Sequence record: NZ_CP009216.1
DNA length: 48,288 nucleotides
Origin: a plasmid
Reading direction: 5' to 3' (one strand)
Each line of letters opens with the position of its first letter. Position 1 is the first letter of the stretch. This document shows, piece by piece, positions 7,781 through 14,841 of the stretch. The position numbers and the translations under genes were made by a program. The notes beneath the pieces were generated by a model that saw only the letters and a program-made list of their open reading frames with translations, was not told where the DNA came from and ran no database searches.

Positions 7781-7795
7781 AGAAAGGACACCACA

Positions 7796-7999
7796 ATGAA
7801 ACTGCCCACCTTCACGGCCCTGGGCAACCTCGAAGGCGCACTCACGGGCGCGCTCGAGGAATGCTACGAGGCGCTGCACAGCTACCAAGACGCCGGCCTC
7901 GACAAGCCGTACGTCCACGCGAAGCTGAACCAAGCGGTCGCGGAACTGCGCGAGGCACAAAGCTACCTCCGCGCCTTCCCGGGGGCACCGTCGGCATGA
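7796..7999 (+). CDS. hypothetical protein (67 aa)
   Basis: ORF track entry. The long ORF 7462..8316 in another frame is R/P-rich and spurious upstream of 7996. Confidence 0.6.
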   Translation: MKLPTFTALGNLEGALTGALEECYEALHSYQDAGLDKPYVHAKLNQAVAELREAQSYLRAFPGAPSA

Positions 8000-8316
8000 T
8001 GGGCACGCAAGACCCGCTGTGGGGCGAAACGCACCCGGCAGAAGCCGCCTACTACGCCAACATTGCTGTGCACCGCGGCTGGCACGTCGCAGCAGACCGG
8101 GCTATGGGCTACCTGGCGAACACCGGGCGTGAGTTCACCGCCGACGATTTACGCCGCCTCCTCGACCAGGCCGGCGACCCCACAACCCCGAACGCATACG
8201 GAGGCCTCCTCATGGCCTGGTCGCGCCGCGGGATTATCCGCAAGACCGGATACCGCTGCTCGACGCAGCCGAAGCGCCACGGAGGGGTGAACGCCGTATG
8301 GGTAGGCACCAAGTAG
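7996..8316 (+). CDS. hypothetical protein (106 aa), ATGA start/stop overlap
   Basis: C-terminal part of track ORF 7462..8316, starting at ATGATG. Confidence 0.55.
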   Translation: MMGTQDPLWGETHPAEAAYYANIAVHRGWHVAADRAMGYLANTGREFTADDLRRLLDQAGDPTTPNAYGGLLMAWSRRGIIRKTGYRCSTQPKRHGGVNAVWVGTK

Positions 8317-8477
8317 GGCACTGCCAGTACAGCCGCTGCACGGGGTTCATAGACCCCCACGACCGGCTAGGAGCGTACTTCGGGCTGTGCCCAACGCACG
8401 CCCGAGACGCGGAGACGAAACTGAAACTCAACCGAGACGAATTCAACGCAAGGAACAGGAAACATGGCACTTCCTAA
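8298..8477 (+). CDS. possible small Cys-containing protein (59 aa)
   Basis: ATG with CQYSRC...CPTH spacing. It bridges the gap to SSB and is below the track cutoff. Confidence 0.25.
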   Translation: MGRHQVGHCQYSRCTGFIDPHDRLGAYFGLCPTHARDAETKLKLNRDEFNARNRKHGTS

Positions 8478-8961
8478 CATCAACATCGAGGGCGGAACCC
8501 TGGTCACAGACCCGGAGCTGCGCTACACCCCTTCGGGCGCTGCGGTGGCGAACTTCCGCGTCGCTGCCAACAGCCGCCGGTTCAACAAGGAGACGAATCA
8601 GTGGGAGGGCGGCGACACCACGTTCCTCACCTGCAACATCTGGCGGGAGGCCGCGGAGAACGTGGCCAACAGCCTGCAGAAGGGCATGCGGGTGAACGTC
8701 ACCGGCGAGCTGCAGCAGCGCTCCTACCAGACGAAGGAGGGGGAGCAGCGCACCGTGTTTGAGGTGAACGTGCGCGAGGTGGCTCCGTCGCTGAAGTTCG
8801 CCACCGCGCAGGTGAACCGCAACCAGTCGAATGGCGGCGGGGGTCAGCAGCAGGGTGGCTGGGGGCAGAAGAGCGGCCAGACGCCGCAGAATGACCCGTG
8901 GGGCGGCGCGACCGGCGACACGGGCGGGTTCGGCGGCGGCGACCCGGAGCCGCCGTTCTAG
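8464..8961 (+). CDS. ssb: single-stranded DNA-binding protein
   Basis: OB-fold N-terminus, Gly/Gln-rich linker and a C-terminal DPEPPF acidic tail. Confidence 0.9.
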   Translation: MALPNINIEGGTLVTDPELRYTPSGAAVANFRVAANSRRFNKETNQWEGGDTTFLTCNIWREAAENVANSLQKGMRVNVTGELQQRSYQTKEGEQRTVFEVNVREVAPSLKFATAQVNRNQSNGGGGQQQGGWGQKSGQTPQNDPWGGATGDTGGFGGGDPEPPF

Positions 8962-9021
8962 GAACGCTCGCCGGGTAAGGTAACGGCGGGAACACAGAAA
9001 ACAACAAGGGAGACGGAACCC

Positions 9022-9441
9022 ATGAATAAGAAAATTGCAGCTTTGGCCGCGGCCACCGCGCTCACCCTCACCGCGTGCGGCGACACCTCCGACGAGGACG
9101 CAGAGCCAGCCACCAGCACCTACGAGTACAAAGACCCAGTAGATGAACAGGCGAAACCTACCCATGATTGGCTCATGGAGCAGGGTGCGAAGTCTGTAGG
9201 GCTGTCAAACGATACATTCCGCAGCGTCGTTATTTTGTCTTGCGGGTACGCGGAACAGGAACAGTCAGAGTCCCTTGAGACAATCCGCGCCAAGGGGGAA
9301 TCTGCAATTCGTGCCCAGGTGAAGGACGTACCGGAGGATAAGGTGACCCCGGCGTTCTTAGCAGCTACCGCTACGGGTTGCCCTCACCTTATTCAAGGGC
9401 AGGGCGTGAATGGTTTGAAGCTAGTTCTTGCGGGGCAGTAG
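9022..9441 (+). CDS. secreted lipoprotein (signal peptide + lipobox LTAC), low-GC moron
   Basis: MNKKIAALAAATALTLTACG. The gene is clearly lower in GC (about 52%), with A/T-ending codons. Confidence 0.7.
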   Translation: MNKKIAALAAATALTLTACGDTSDEDAEPATSTYEYKDPVDEQAKPTHDWLMEQGAKSVGLSNDTFRSVVILSCGYAEQEQSESLETIRAKGESAIRAQVKDVPEDKVTPAFLAATATGCPHLIQGQGVNGLKLVLAGQ

Positions 9442-9641
9442 TGGACAGTGAGCATGACGAGCTGTTGGCCGCTGCCGTTGAGGCGCACCAGGACTACGAA
9501 GGCGCGGTGGAGGCTGCTAAGGCTGCACGCCGTTTGGAGTTCCAGCGAGCCGTAGACGGTGGAGTGAGCCGTGGGCAGATTGCGCGCCGGTTGGGTCGTT
9601 CAACAGCGTGGGTGAGCCGGATTGTTTCTGGCGACCGCTGA
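9441..9641 (+). CDS. small HTH DNA-binding protein (66 aa), GTG start
   Basis: C-terminal HTH VSRGQIARRLGRSTAWVSRIV. Overlaps the lipoprotein stop. Confidence 0.45.
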   Translation: MDSEHDELLAAAVEAHQDYEGAVEAAKAARRLEFQRAVDGGVSRGQIARRLGRSTAWVSRIVSGDR

Positions 9642-9644
9642 CCA

Positions 9645-9673
9645 TTGACAAAATGGCAAGGGTCGGGTAAGTT
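9645..9673 (+). promoter_or_regulatory. strong sigma-70-like promoter TTGACA-17-TAAGTT
   Basis: Near-consensus hexamers with 17-bp spacing, upstream of the antirepressor gene. Confidence 0.5.
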
Positions 9674-9676
9674 AAA

Positions 9677-9716
9677 GGGCACTAGGTCACTTAGACCTGG
9701 TGCCCGATATTTTTGG
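9677..9716 (+). terminator. 29-bp palindrome GGGCACTAGGTC-actta-GACCTGGTGCCC followed by ATATTTTTGG (terminator/attenuator or operator)
   Basis: A 12-bp stem with 1 mismatch plus a T tract, located immediately after the promoter -10. A further hairpin follows at 9718-9745, and an RBS-sequestering hairpin CAACTaataaggAGTTG at 9754-9770. Confidence 0.5.
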
Positions 9717-9774
9717 GCCACGGCGGTGCTACCAACACCCCGTGGCGTGGACTCAACTAATAAGGAGTTGAATC

Positions 9775-10620
9775 ATGGGTCAGTTTGTCATACCCGCAGG
9801 GGCAGAACAATCCCCCACCCCTTTTGACGTGTATCGCCAGGAGCGCGAGGACGGCTCCGAGTTTTGGAGCGCCCGCGACCTCGCCCAACTCATGGGCTAC
9901 CGCAAGTGGCAGAACTTCGAGAACGCACTGAACCGCGCCATTAAGGCAGCGCACAACCAAAAAATGGACGTTACCAGCCTTTTTATCCGATCTAGTAAAA
10001 AGACCGCGGGCCGTCCACAAGAGGACTACGAGTTAACCCGGTTCGCGGCGTACCTCGTCGCCATGAACGGCGACCCTAACAAGCCGGAAGTCGCGTCCGC
10101 GCAGGCATACTTCGCCACCCGCACCCGCCAGGCCGAAACGCAGCAACCCGCACAACTCACGGACGAGGAACTACTCTCCCGTGCCCTCATGGTGGCCAAC
10201 TCCAAGATGGAGCGCCTGGAGGCCGAGAAGGCCGAAGCGGTGGAACTCTCCGAGGCTGCAATGGCGCGTGCCCACGTCGCGGAAGCCGAAGCGGACGAGG
10301 CGCGCCCCAAGGCAGAGGCGTTCGACAGTTTCATGCGAACCGACGGCACCTACTACATGGGTGCAGTAGCGAAAATGCTGGGCATGGGGCAAAACGAGTT
10401 GTTCCGCAGGCTACGGAAGGAACGAGTGCTTATCCCGTCGGGGCACCTGTACAACACCCCGTACCGGCAGTATGAGCGCTACTTTCTGGTTCGTCCGCAC
10501 AAGTATGTTAACGCGGACGGGCGGGAGTTCTTGAAGCACACAACGTACGTGAAGCCGGCGGGGGTTGAGTTTATCCGACGACGGCTGGGGGTTGAGGCTC
10601 CGTTCGTTTCCGTGTCGTAG
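9775..10620 (+). CDS. phage antirepressor (Bro-N/DinD-like N-terminal domain + KilA-C C-terminal domain)
   Basis: N-terminal FWSARDLAQLMGYRKWQNFENALNRAIKAAHNQ (Bro-N/DinD signature). C-terminal MGAVAKMLGMGQNELFRRLRKERVL...NTPYRQYERYFLV (KilA-C). Confidence 0.7.
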   Translation: MGQFVIPAGAEQSPTPFDVYRQEREDGSEFWSARDLAQLMGYRKWQNFENALNRAIKAAHNQKMDVTSLFIRSSKKTAGRPQEDYELTRFAAYLVAMNGDPNKPEVASAQAYFATRTRQAETQQPAQLTDEELLSRALMVANSKMERLEAEKAEAVELSEAAMARAHVAEAEADEARPKAEAFDSFMRTDGTYYMGAVAKMLGMGQNELFRRLRKERVLIPSGHLYNTPYRQYERYFLVRPHKYVNADGREFLKHTTYVKPAGVEFIRRRLGVEAPFVSVS

Positions 10621-10771
10621 TTGGTTTCACGGAGAAGGGGAGTTTTGGGGTAGTGCTGCAACGCTATCCCCGGCCATGTAATTAGAACGTGTGTTCGTGT
10701 ACGTCGCAAATGTGTTCTACCATTGACGGCACCGAGCCGACCGCATAACCACCCGGAGCAGACTTCCTAAC

Positions 10772-10951
10772 ATGATTGAGACAACAGCCCTCACCCCGCC
10801 TGGTGCGCCCTGCAAAGTCACCAGGGCGCACGACCCGAAGGACACCTTCACCGCCTACGAAATAGAGGTCAACGGCCAAACCATCGAGCTAGAACCCTCC
10901 CACGTCGCGGAGCTCTCCCGCGTGCTCACCCTCATTGCGGGTGGGAACTGA
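10772..10951 (+). CDS. possible small protein (59 aa)
   Basis: ATG with a weak GGAG. It is below the track cutoff. The overlapping - strand ORF 10855..11943 is R/P-rich and spurious. Confidence 0.3.
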   Translation: MIETTALTPPGAPCKVTRAHDPKDTFTAYEIEVNGQTIELEPSHVAELSRVLTLIAGGN

Positions 10952-10984
10952 AACCGCTCGCAATACACACCCGATGGTGTTAGT

Positions 10985-11557
10985 GTGGCCGATGTGGAAG
11001 GCGCGAAATGCACATACCAAGACCGGGAGCTGTTTACCAACCCGGCTGGCCGTGACGCACCATCGACAGTGCGTGCGATACAGATTTGCGAAGAGTGCCC
11101 CATCATCAACCAGTGCGCGAAGCAGGCGCTGACAGCCGGCTCAAGTATCGACTTCAGCAACCAACACCCCGCGGTCGGTGTGATCCAGGCCGGGGTGTAC
11201 TGCGACGGCTCGCAGCGCGCAGCTATGGAGCTCGCGGCCCGGGCGGGGGAGCTTCCCCCTGCCGTCGAGGTGACGCCGCGGGCGAAGGCAGGGGACAGGT
11301 GCAAAAGCTGCGGCACGCCAATGGTGCGGTGGACGCGTGACCGTGTGCCGGACGGGTACGCAATGCACCGGGGGCGGGGGTTCTGCACGAACTGCCGTAA
11401 GGCGTACAACGAGGAGTTGGCTCGGGCCCGGGCTAATGGTGAGGTACGGGTGGGGCTGCGGAAGCAGGTTGACCGGAAGCGCCACTCGGCCCCGCCCCGC
11501 CGTGACCGCGAGGTGGTTATCCAGTTCTCGTTGTTTGAGCGGGAGGCGCTGGCGTGA
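10985..11557 (+). CDS. whiB: WhiB-like Fe-S transcription factor with an extra C-terminal zinc ribbon
   Basis: C-x22-ICEECPIINQCAKQAL (CxxC-x5-C) WhiB signature, and a C-terminal CKSCG...CTNC. Confidence 0.7.
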   Translation: MADVEGAKCTYQDRELFTNPAGRDAPSTVRAIQICEECPIINQCAKQALTAGSSIDFSNQHPAVGVIQAGVYCDGSQRAAMELAARAGELPPAVEVTPRAKAGDRCKSCGTPMVRWTRDRVPDGYAMHRGRGFCTNCRKAYNEELARARANGEVRVGLRKQVDRKRHSAPPRRDREVVIQFSLFEREALA

Positions 11558-11940
11558 CGCAGTGGGACTTGAAGTTGCCGTGGGTGAAGCCGCCGCTGTC
11601 GCTCAATGACCGCGAGCATTGGGCTCCTAGGGCGAAGAAGCAGAAGGCGGTGCGGGAGGCGTCGGCGCTGCTGGCTCGGCAGGCGGGTATCCCGCGGTTG
11701 GGGACGGCGAAGGTGCGGCTGGTGTGGTTGGTGGCTGACCGGCGTCGGCGTGACCGGGAGAACATCACTGCGACGCTGAAGCCTGCGATTGACGGGCTGG
11801 TGGACGCGGGTGTTGTTGAGGATGACTGCTGGTGGATTGTGACTGAATCGTCGTGTGCGATTTCGTTGGTAGAGAAGGGGTGTGAGGGGGTTTACCTGCA
11901 GGTTTTGGGTGAGCCGGAGGGCGTTTCGGTTTCCCTTTGA
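11554..11940 (+). CDS. rusA: RusA-like Holliday-junction resolvase
   Basis: RRDRENITATLKPAIDGLVDAGVVEDD matches the RusA D-x-D-N...K...D...DD pattern. GTGA overlap. Confidence 0.6.
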   Translation: MTQWDLKLPWVKPPLSLNDREHWAPRAKKQKAVREASALLARQAGIPRLGTAKVRLVWLVADRRRRDRENITATLKPAIDGLVDAGVVEDDCWWIVTESSCAISLVEKGCEGVYLQVLGEPEGVSVSL

Positions 11941-11966
11941 CATTATGACAAAGTGTGTAATAAACT
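11935..11966 (+). promoter_or_regulatory. promoter/operator box C (TTTGACATTATGACAAAGTGTGTAATAAACT)
   Basis: TTGACA -35 and TAAACT -10-like element. It is a 17-bp quasi-palindrome, paralogous to boxes A and B. Confidence 0.4.
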
Positions 11967-11988
11967 AGGGGTACAAACAAAGAGCAGA

Positions 11989-12002
11989 GGGGCTGCAACC
12001 CC
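11989..12002 (+). promoter_or_regulatory. CTGCAA-loop hairpin copy 7 (GGGG-CTGCAA-CCCC)
   Basis: Located 15 nt upstream of the ATG at 12017. Confidence 0.5.
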
Positions 12003-12016
12003 AGAAAGGACACAAG

Positions 12017-12211
12017 ATGGCCACCTACGCCACCACCGCCGACTACATCGAGCAGAACATCACCCCGGGCCTCGGAGATGTCGAGCTCACCAGCGAGCAA
12101 GCGCAGGAAGTCGCCCACCGCATGACCGAATGGAACGAGGACGGCCAGCTCGTGGAGCGCGAGGGCATGGACTTCTGGGACGTCGTAGCCGACGTCCGCG
12201 GCGACAACTAG
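12017..12211 (+). CDS. hypothetical acidic protein (64 aa)
   Basis: ORF track entry with an RBS. Confidence 0.6.
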   Translation: MATYATTADYIEQNITPGLGDVELTSEQAQEVAHRMTEWNEDGQLVEREGMDFWDVVADVRGDN

Positions 12212-12227
12212 CCCGACAAGGCAGGCA

Positions 12228-12262
12228 GGCGGGTTCAAGCCCCCGCCACGGGCACCAGGGCC
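12228..12262 (+). promoter_or_regulatory. intergenic GC hairpin element B (GGCGGG-ttcaagc-CCCGCC, then ACGGGCAC CAGGGCC)
   Basis: Closest paralog of elements A and C. Confidence 0.4.
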
Positions 12263-12287
12263 AACCGGCCCGCACAACCACATAGAC

Positions 12288-12301
12288 CGCGCTGCAACGC
12301 G
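12288..12301 (+). promoter_or_regulatory. CTGCAA-loop hairpin copy 8 (CGCG-CTGCAA-CGCG)
   Basis: Located 18 nt upstream of the ATG at 12319. Confidence 0.5.
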
Positions 12302-12318
12302 GAGAAAGGAACCCCGTC

Positions 12319-12504
12319 ATGTACCACGGGAACAACGAAGGCCTACGCGCCCTCGACATGGCAGAACAACGCCTCAAAGAAGCCCGCACCACCGCCACCC
12401 CAGCGGAACTGCCCGGCCTCAACCTCGCGCTGAACATCGTCCGCGACACCGCCGACGATGTGGCGCCCGCCCGCTCCCTCCACGACATCCTGCAGGGGGC
12501 CTAG
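12319..12504 (+). CDS. hypothetical protein (61 aa)
   Basis: ORF track entry with an RBS. Confidence 0.55.
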   Translation: MYHGNNEGLRALDMAEQRLKEARTTATPAELPGLNLALNIVRDTADDVAPARSLHDILQGA

Positions 12505-12506
12505 CC

Positions 12507-12677
12507 ATGACCAACCGCGCAATCATCTTCCTCATTATCGCGGCACTCGCTGCCCTGTCGGTGCCCGTAATCATGGCCGGCACCGGCGCAATCCTCCCGG
12601 TTGTTTACGCCCTCGCGGGCCTGCTGATTTACGAGCTGGCGACCGACCCCTACCGGAACGGAGACACCAATGAGTAA
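12507..12677 (+). CDS. small membrane protein (56 aa, 2 predicted TM)
   Basis: MTNRAIIFLIIAALAALSVPVIMAGTGAILPVVYALAGLLIY. It ends with the shared NGDTNE junction and is below the track cutoff. Confidence 0.4.
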   Translation: MTNRAIIFLIIAALAALSVPVIMAGTGAILPVVYALAGLLIYELATDPYRNGDTNE

Positions 12678-13200
12678 CGAAACCGCACGCCTAGCCCGTG
12701 AGTGGGCTGAATCCCGCAACCCGAACAGCCTGACGGGTGCCGCTAAGGCTGCTCGCGAGCACATCATGGCCACCACAGACCCACTGACGATGGCGGACGT
12801 GGAGTGGAACGACGAGAAGCACTACCTGGCCGGGGCTGTAGACGCTGATGGGCACGAGGTGGTCATGCTGGATAAATTGCATGGAAATATCCGTGTTTGC
12901 GACGTAGACCAGATGGGCCTGGGTCGCCCGGTGCTGGAATCCCCGAAGACCATCACCCCGAACGGGAAGCGGTACGAACTGCGCGAGGTAGGGGCGCCGG
13001 AAGAACCGACCCACCCGGAAACGCTGGTGACCGAGCAGGACTACGCGAACGCGCCCGCCGGAACCGTAGTCGCGGAATCCCATTACTTTGCATGGCAAAA
13101 GAACCAATTCGGAGCCTGGCGCAAGGTTAAAACCCGGCTTACCGACCGCGAGATGGCAGGCACGGAGCGGCAGGTGCTGCGCTGGGGGTGGGGCAAGTGA
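12670..13200 (+). CDS. hypothetical protein (176 aa)
   Basis: ORF track entry. ATG embedded in the junction cassette. Confidence 0.6.
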   Translation: MSNETARLAREWAESRNPNSLTGAAKAAREHIMATTDPLTMADVEWNDEKHYLAGAVDADGHEVVMLDKLHGNIRVCDVDQMGLGRPVLESPKTITPNGKRYELREVGAPEEPTHPETLVTEQDYANAPAGTVVAESHYFAWQKNQFGAWRKVKTRLTDREMAGTERQVLRWGWGK

Positions 13201-13529
13201 CCACCAACATCACCCCGGACAAGGCCCGCGAGCTACTCAACACGGCACGCCAAGAAGCGGGGGACGGGCAACGCCCCGTGACCGTGGCCGCGAAGTACGC
13301 CCCGCTGGTAGAAGCCACCCCCGCACTCGCGGAACTAGTCGCCAGCATGCACTACGAGTACGCGGTGCAGACAGGCATCGACGACAACGGTGATTACAGA
13401 CACATGTACGACTGGCGACCGACCCACGACGAAGCCGCTGAAATGGTGGCCCTACTCAAGTGCATGAACCCGGACATTAAAACCCGCATTGTCCGCCGCT
13501 TGGTGGGGGAGCCGGAGGTAGTCGAATGA
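13188..13529 (+). CDS. hypothetical protein (113 aa; alternative GTG start at 13197)
   Basis: ORF track entry. Confidence 0.55.
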   Translation: MGQVTTNITPDKARELLNTARQEAGDGQRPVTVAAKYAPLVEATPALAELVASMHYEYAVQTGIDDNGDYRHMYDWRPTHDEAAEMVALLKCMNPDIKTRIVRRLVGEPEVVE

Positions 13530-13876
13530 GCCGCTGGGAAGTGAAGCAGCACATCTACAGCAGGAAGTGGCTGGCCTACCCGAGGGACTACCACTCACTG
13601 CGACCGCAGACGGTGGTGGACGCGAGCGTGCCGTGTGTCCGCATGTTCCACCACCACGCCGAAGCCGTCGCCTACGCCGACCGCATGGCCCGCACCCGCG
13701 AAGTCGTGCTGCCCAGGAACCACGACCTAAAGAAGTCGGTACATAAAGACATTAACGGGGATTTGTACGCCAACTACAGCAGCGCCAACTACTGGGCGCA
13801 AGACAACTGGAACAAAGGCCCAAAACCCCTCGCACTCGCGCTACTCGCCCTCGCAGAACAGGAGGAACACACATGA
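13526..13876 (+). CDS. hypothetical protein (116 aa)
   Basis: ORF track entry. ATGA overlap. Confidence 0.6.
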   Translation: MSRWEVKQHIYSRKWLAYPRDYHSLRPQTVVDASVPCVRMFHHHAEAVAYADRMARTREVVLPRNHDLKKSVHKDINGDLYANYSSANYWAQDNWNKGPKPLALALLALAEQEEHT

Positions 13877-14073
13877 GCAGCACCTACGGCCCGTGGCAGC
13901 GGTGGTTCGCGTGGCGCCCCGTGGAAACCCGCAACCACGGCTGGCGCTGGCTCCGTGTGGTTGAACGCCGCCGCCACTACCCCGACCCCATGCTCCCGCC
14001 ACTAATCGGCGCGCAACCCGGCTGGGAATACCAACCAACCCCCAACAACCGACACGAAACCGAGGAAGCATGA
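13873..14073 (+). CDS. hypothetical Trp/Arg-rich protein (66 aa)
   Basis: ORF track entry, translationally coupled. Confidence 0.5.
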   Translation: MSSTYGPWQRWFAWRPVETRNHGWRWLRVVERRRHYPDPMLPPLIGAQPGWEYQPTPNNRHETEEA

Positions 14074-14312
14074 CCACATTCATTCGACTGTGTGGAGGGG
14101 AAACCGGCGTGGGCACCACCCGTGACGAGTGCCCCCACCGGCTGCATGACTTCCCGCTCCCCGACGGCTATGGGGACGCGGCGGAGGAAGCGGCACGCAG
14201 GATCGGCCACCGCTGGCAAAACGTCCGCTGCCCAGACTGCGGCACCTACGGCTGGAATCCGGGGACAAGCCGCTACAAACTCACACCCACCAAGACGGAG
14301 GAACACGAATGA
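14070..14312 (+). CDS. hypothetical zinc-ribbon protein (80 aa)
   Basis: C8, ECPH and CPDC Cys pairs. Confidence 0.5.
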   Translation: MTTFIRLCGGETGVGTTRDECPHRLHDFPLPDGYGDAAEEAARRIGHRWQNVRCPDCGTYGWNPGTSRYKLTPTKTEEHE

Positions 14313-14596
14313 GCACGTATCTGTACTTGCGGTGCGAATCGCACAACCCGCCAATCGAAAACGACGATGAATCCGGCCAACACCTACACGACCTAGAGCA
14401 AATCTGGGCCGACCTCGACAACCGCGACCGGATCGCCGCCGCCTGGCGCGACGGCATGATCCCCGAAGATTACTTCCGTCTCCACACGGCCCGGTTCCTC
14501 GTCGCGCACCCACACTGCAAAATCGGGGTCGTAGACGAATACGGACGCACCCACCACCCAGACGGCACCACACGAGACGAGGGGGAACAAGCATGA
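14309..14596 (+). CDS. hypothetical protein (95 aa)
   Basis: ORF track entry. Confidence 0.5.
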   Translation: MSTYLYLRCESHNPPIENDDESGQHLHDLEQIWADLDNRDRIAAAWRDGMIPEDYFRLHTARFLVAHPHCKIGVVDEYGRTHHPDGTTRDEGEQA

Positions 14597-14841
14597 GCAT
14601 TGATTACGACCGGCTACGGGAGCTGGTGGGGGAGATGGAGCAGGGTGTGGCGGCGACTACCCGCTACATCTGGATCGACCTCGCCCGCGAACTACTGCGC
14701 TTGCGGGACGGGGTGAAGCAGGTTGCCGATGACCTCGGAGAAAAAGCGGAATACGCCCCCAATGTCCCCCGGCGGGAAGCCTACCTCGAAGCAGAGCAGC
14801 GTCTCACCGACCTACTGAACGGAGACACCAATGAGCATTGA
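14593..14841 (+). CDS. hypothetical protein (82 aa), tandem paralog 1
   Basis: N-terminal 40 aa almost identical to the next ORF (MSIDYDRLRELV.EMEQG.AATTRY). Confidence 0.6.
   Translation: MSIDYDRLRELVGEMEQGVAATTRYIWIDLARELLRLRDGVKQVADDLGEKAEYAPNVPRREAYLEAEQRLTDLLNGDTNEH

Noticed and set aside
7462-8316. 284-aa + strand ORF spanning the 7503-7795 gap
   Set aside because: The upstream two thirds is R/P-rich and crosses a structured non-coding region. Only the C-terminal part from the ATG at 7996 (with ATGA coupling to 7796..7999) looks coding.
8443-9165. 240-aa - strand ORF opposite ssb and the lipoprotein gene
   Set aside because: It is antisense to a textbook SSB. The translated sequence is low-complexity G/R/L-rich.
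10855-11943. 362-aa - strand ORF over the whiB-rusA region
   Set aside because: R/P/S-rich low-complexity translation. The + strand encodes recognisable WhiB and RusA motifs.
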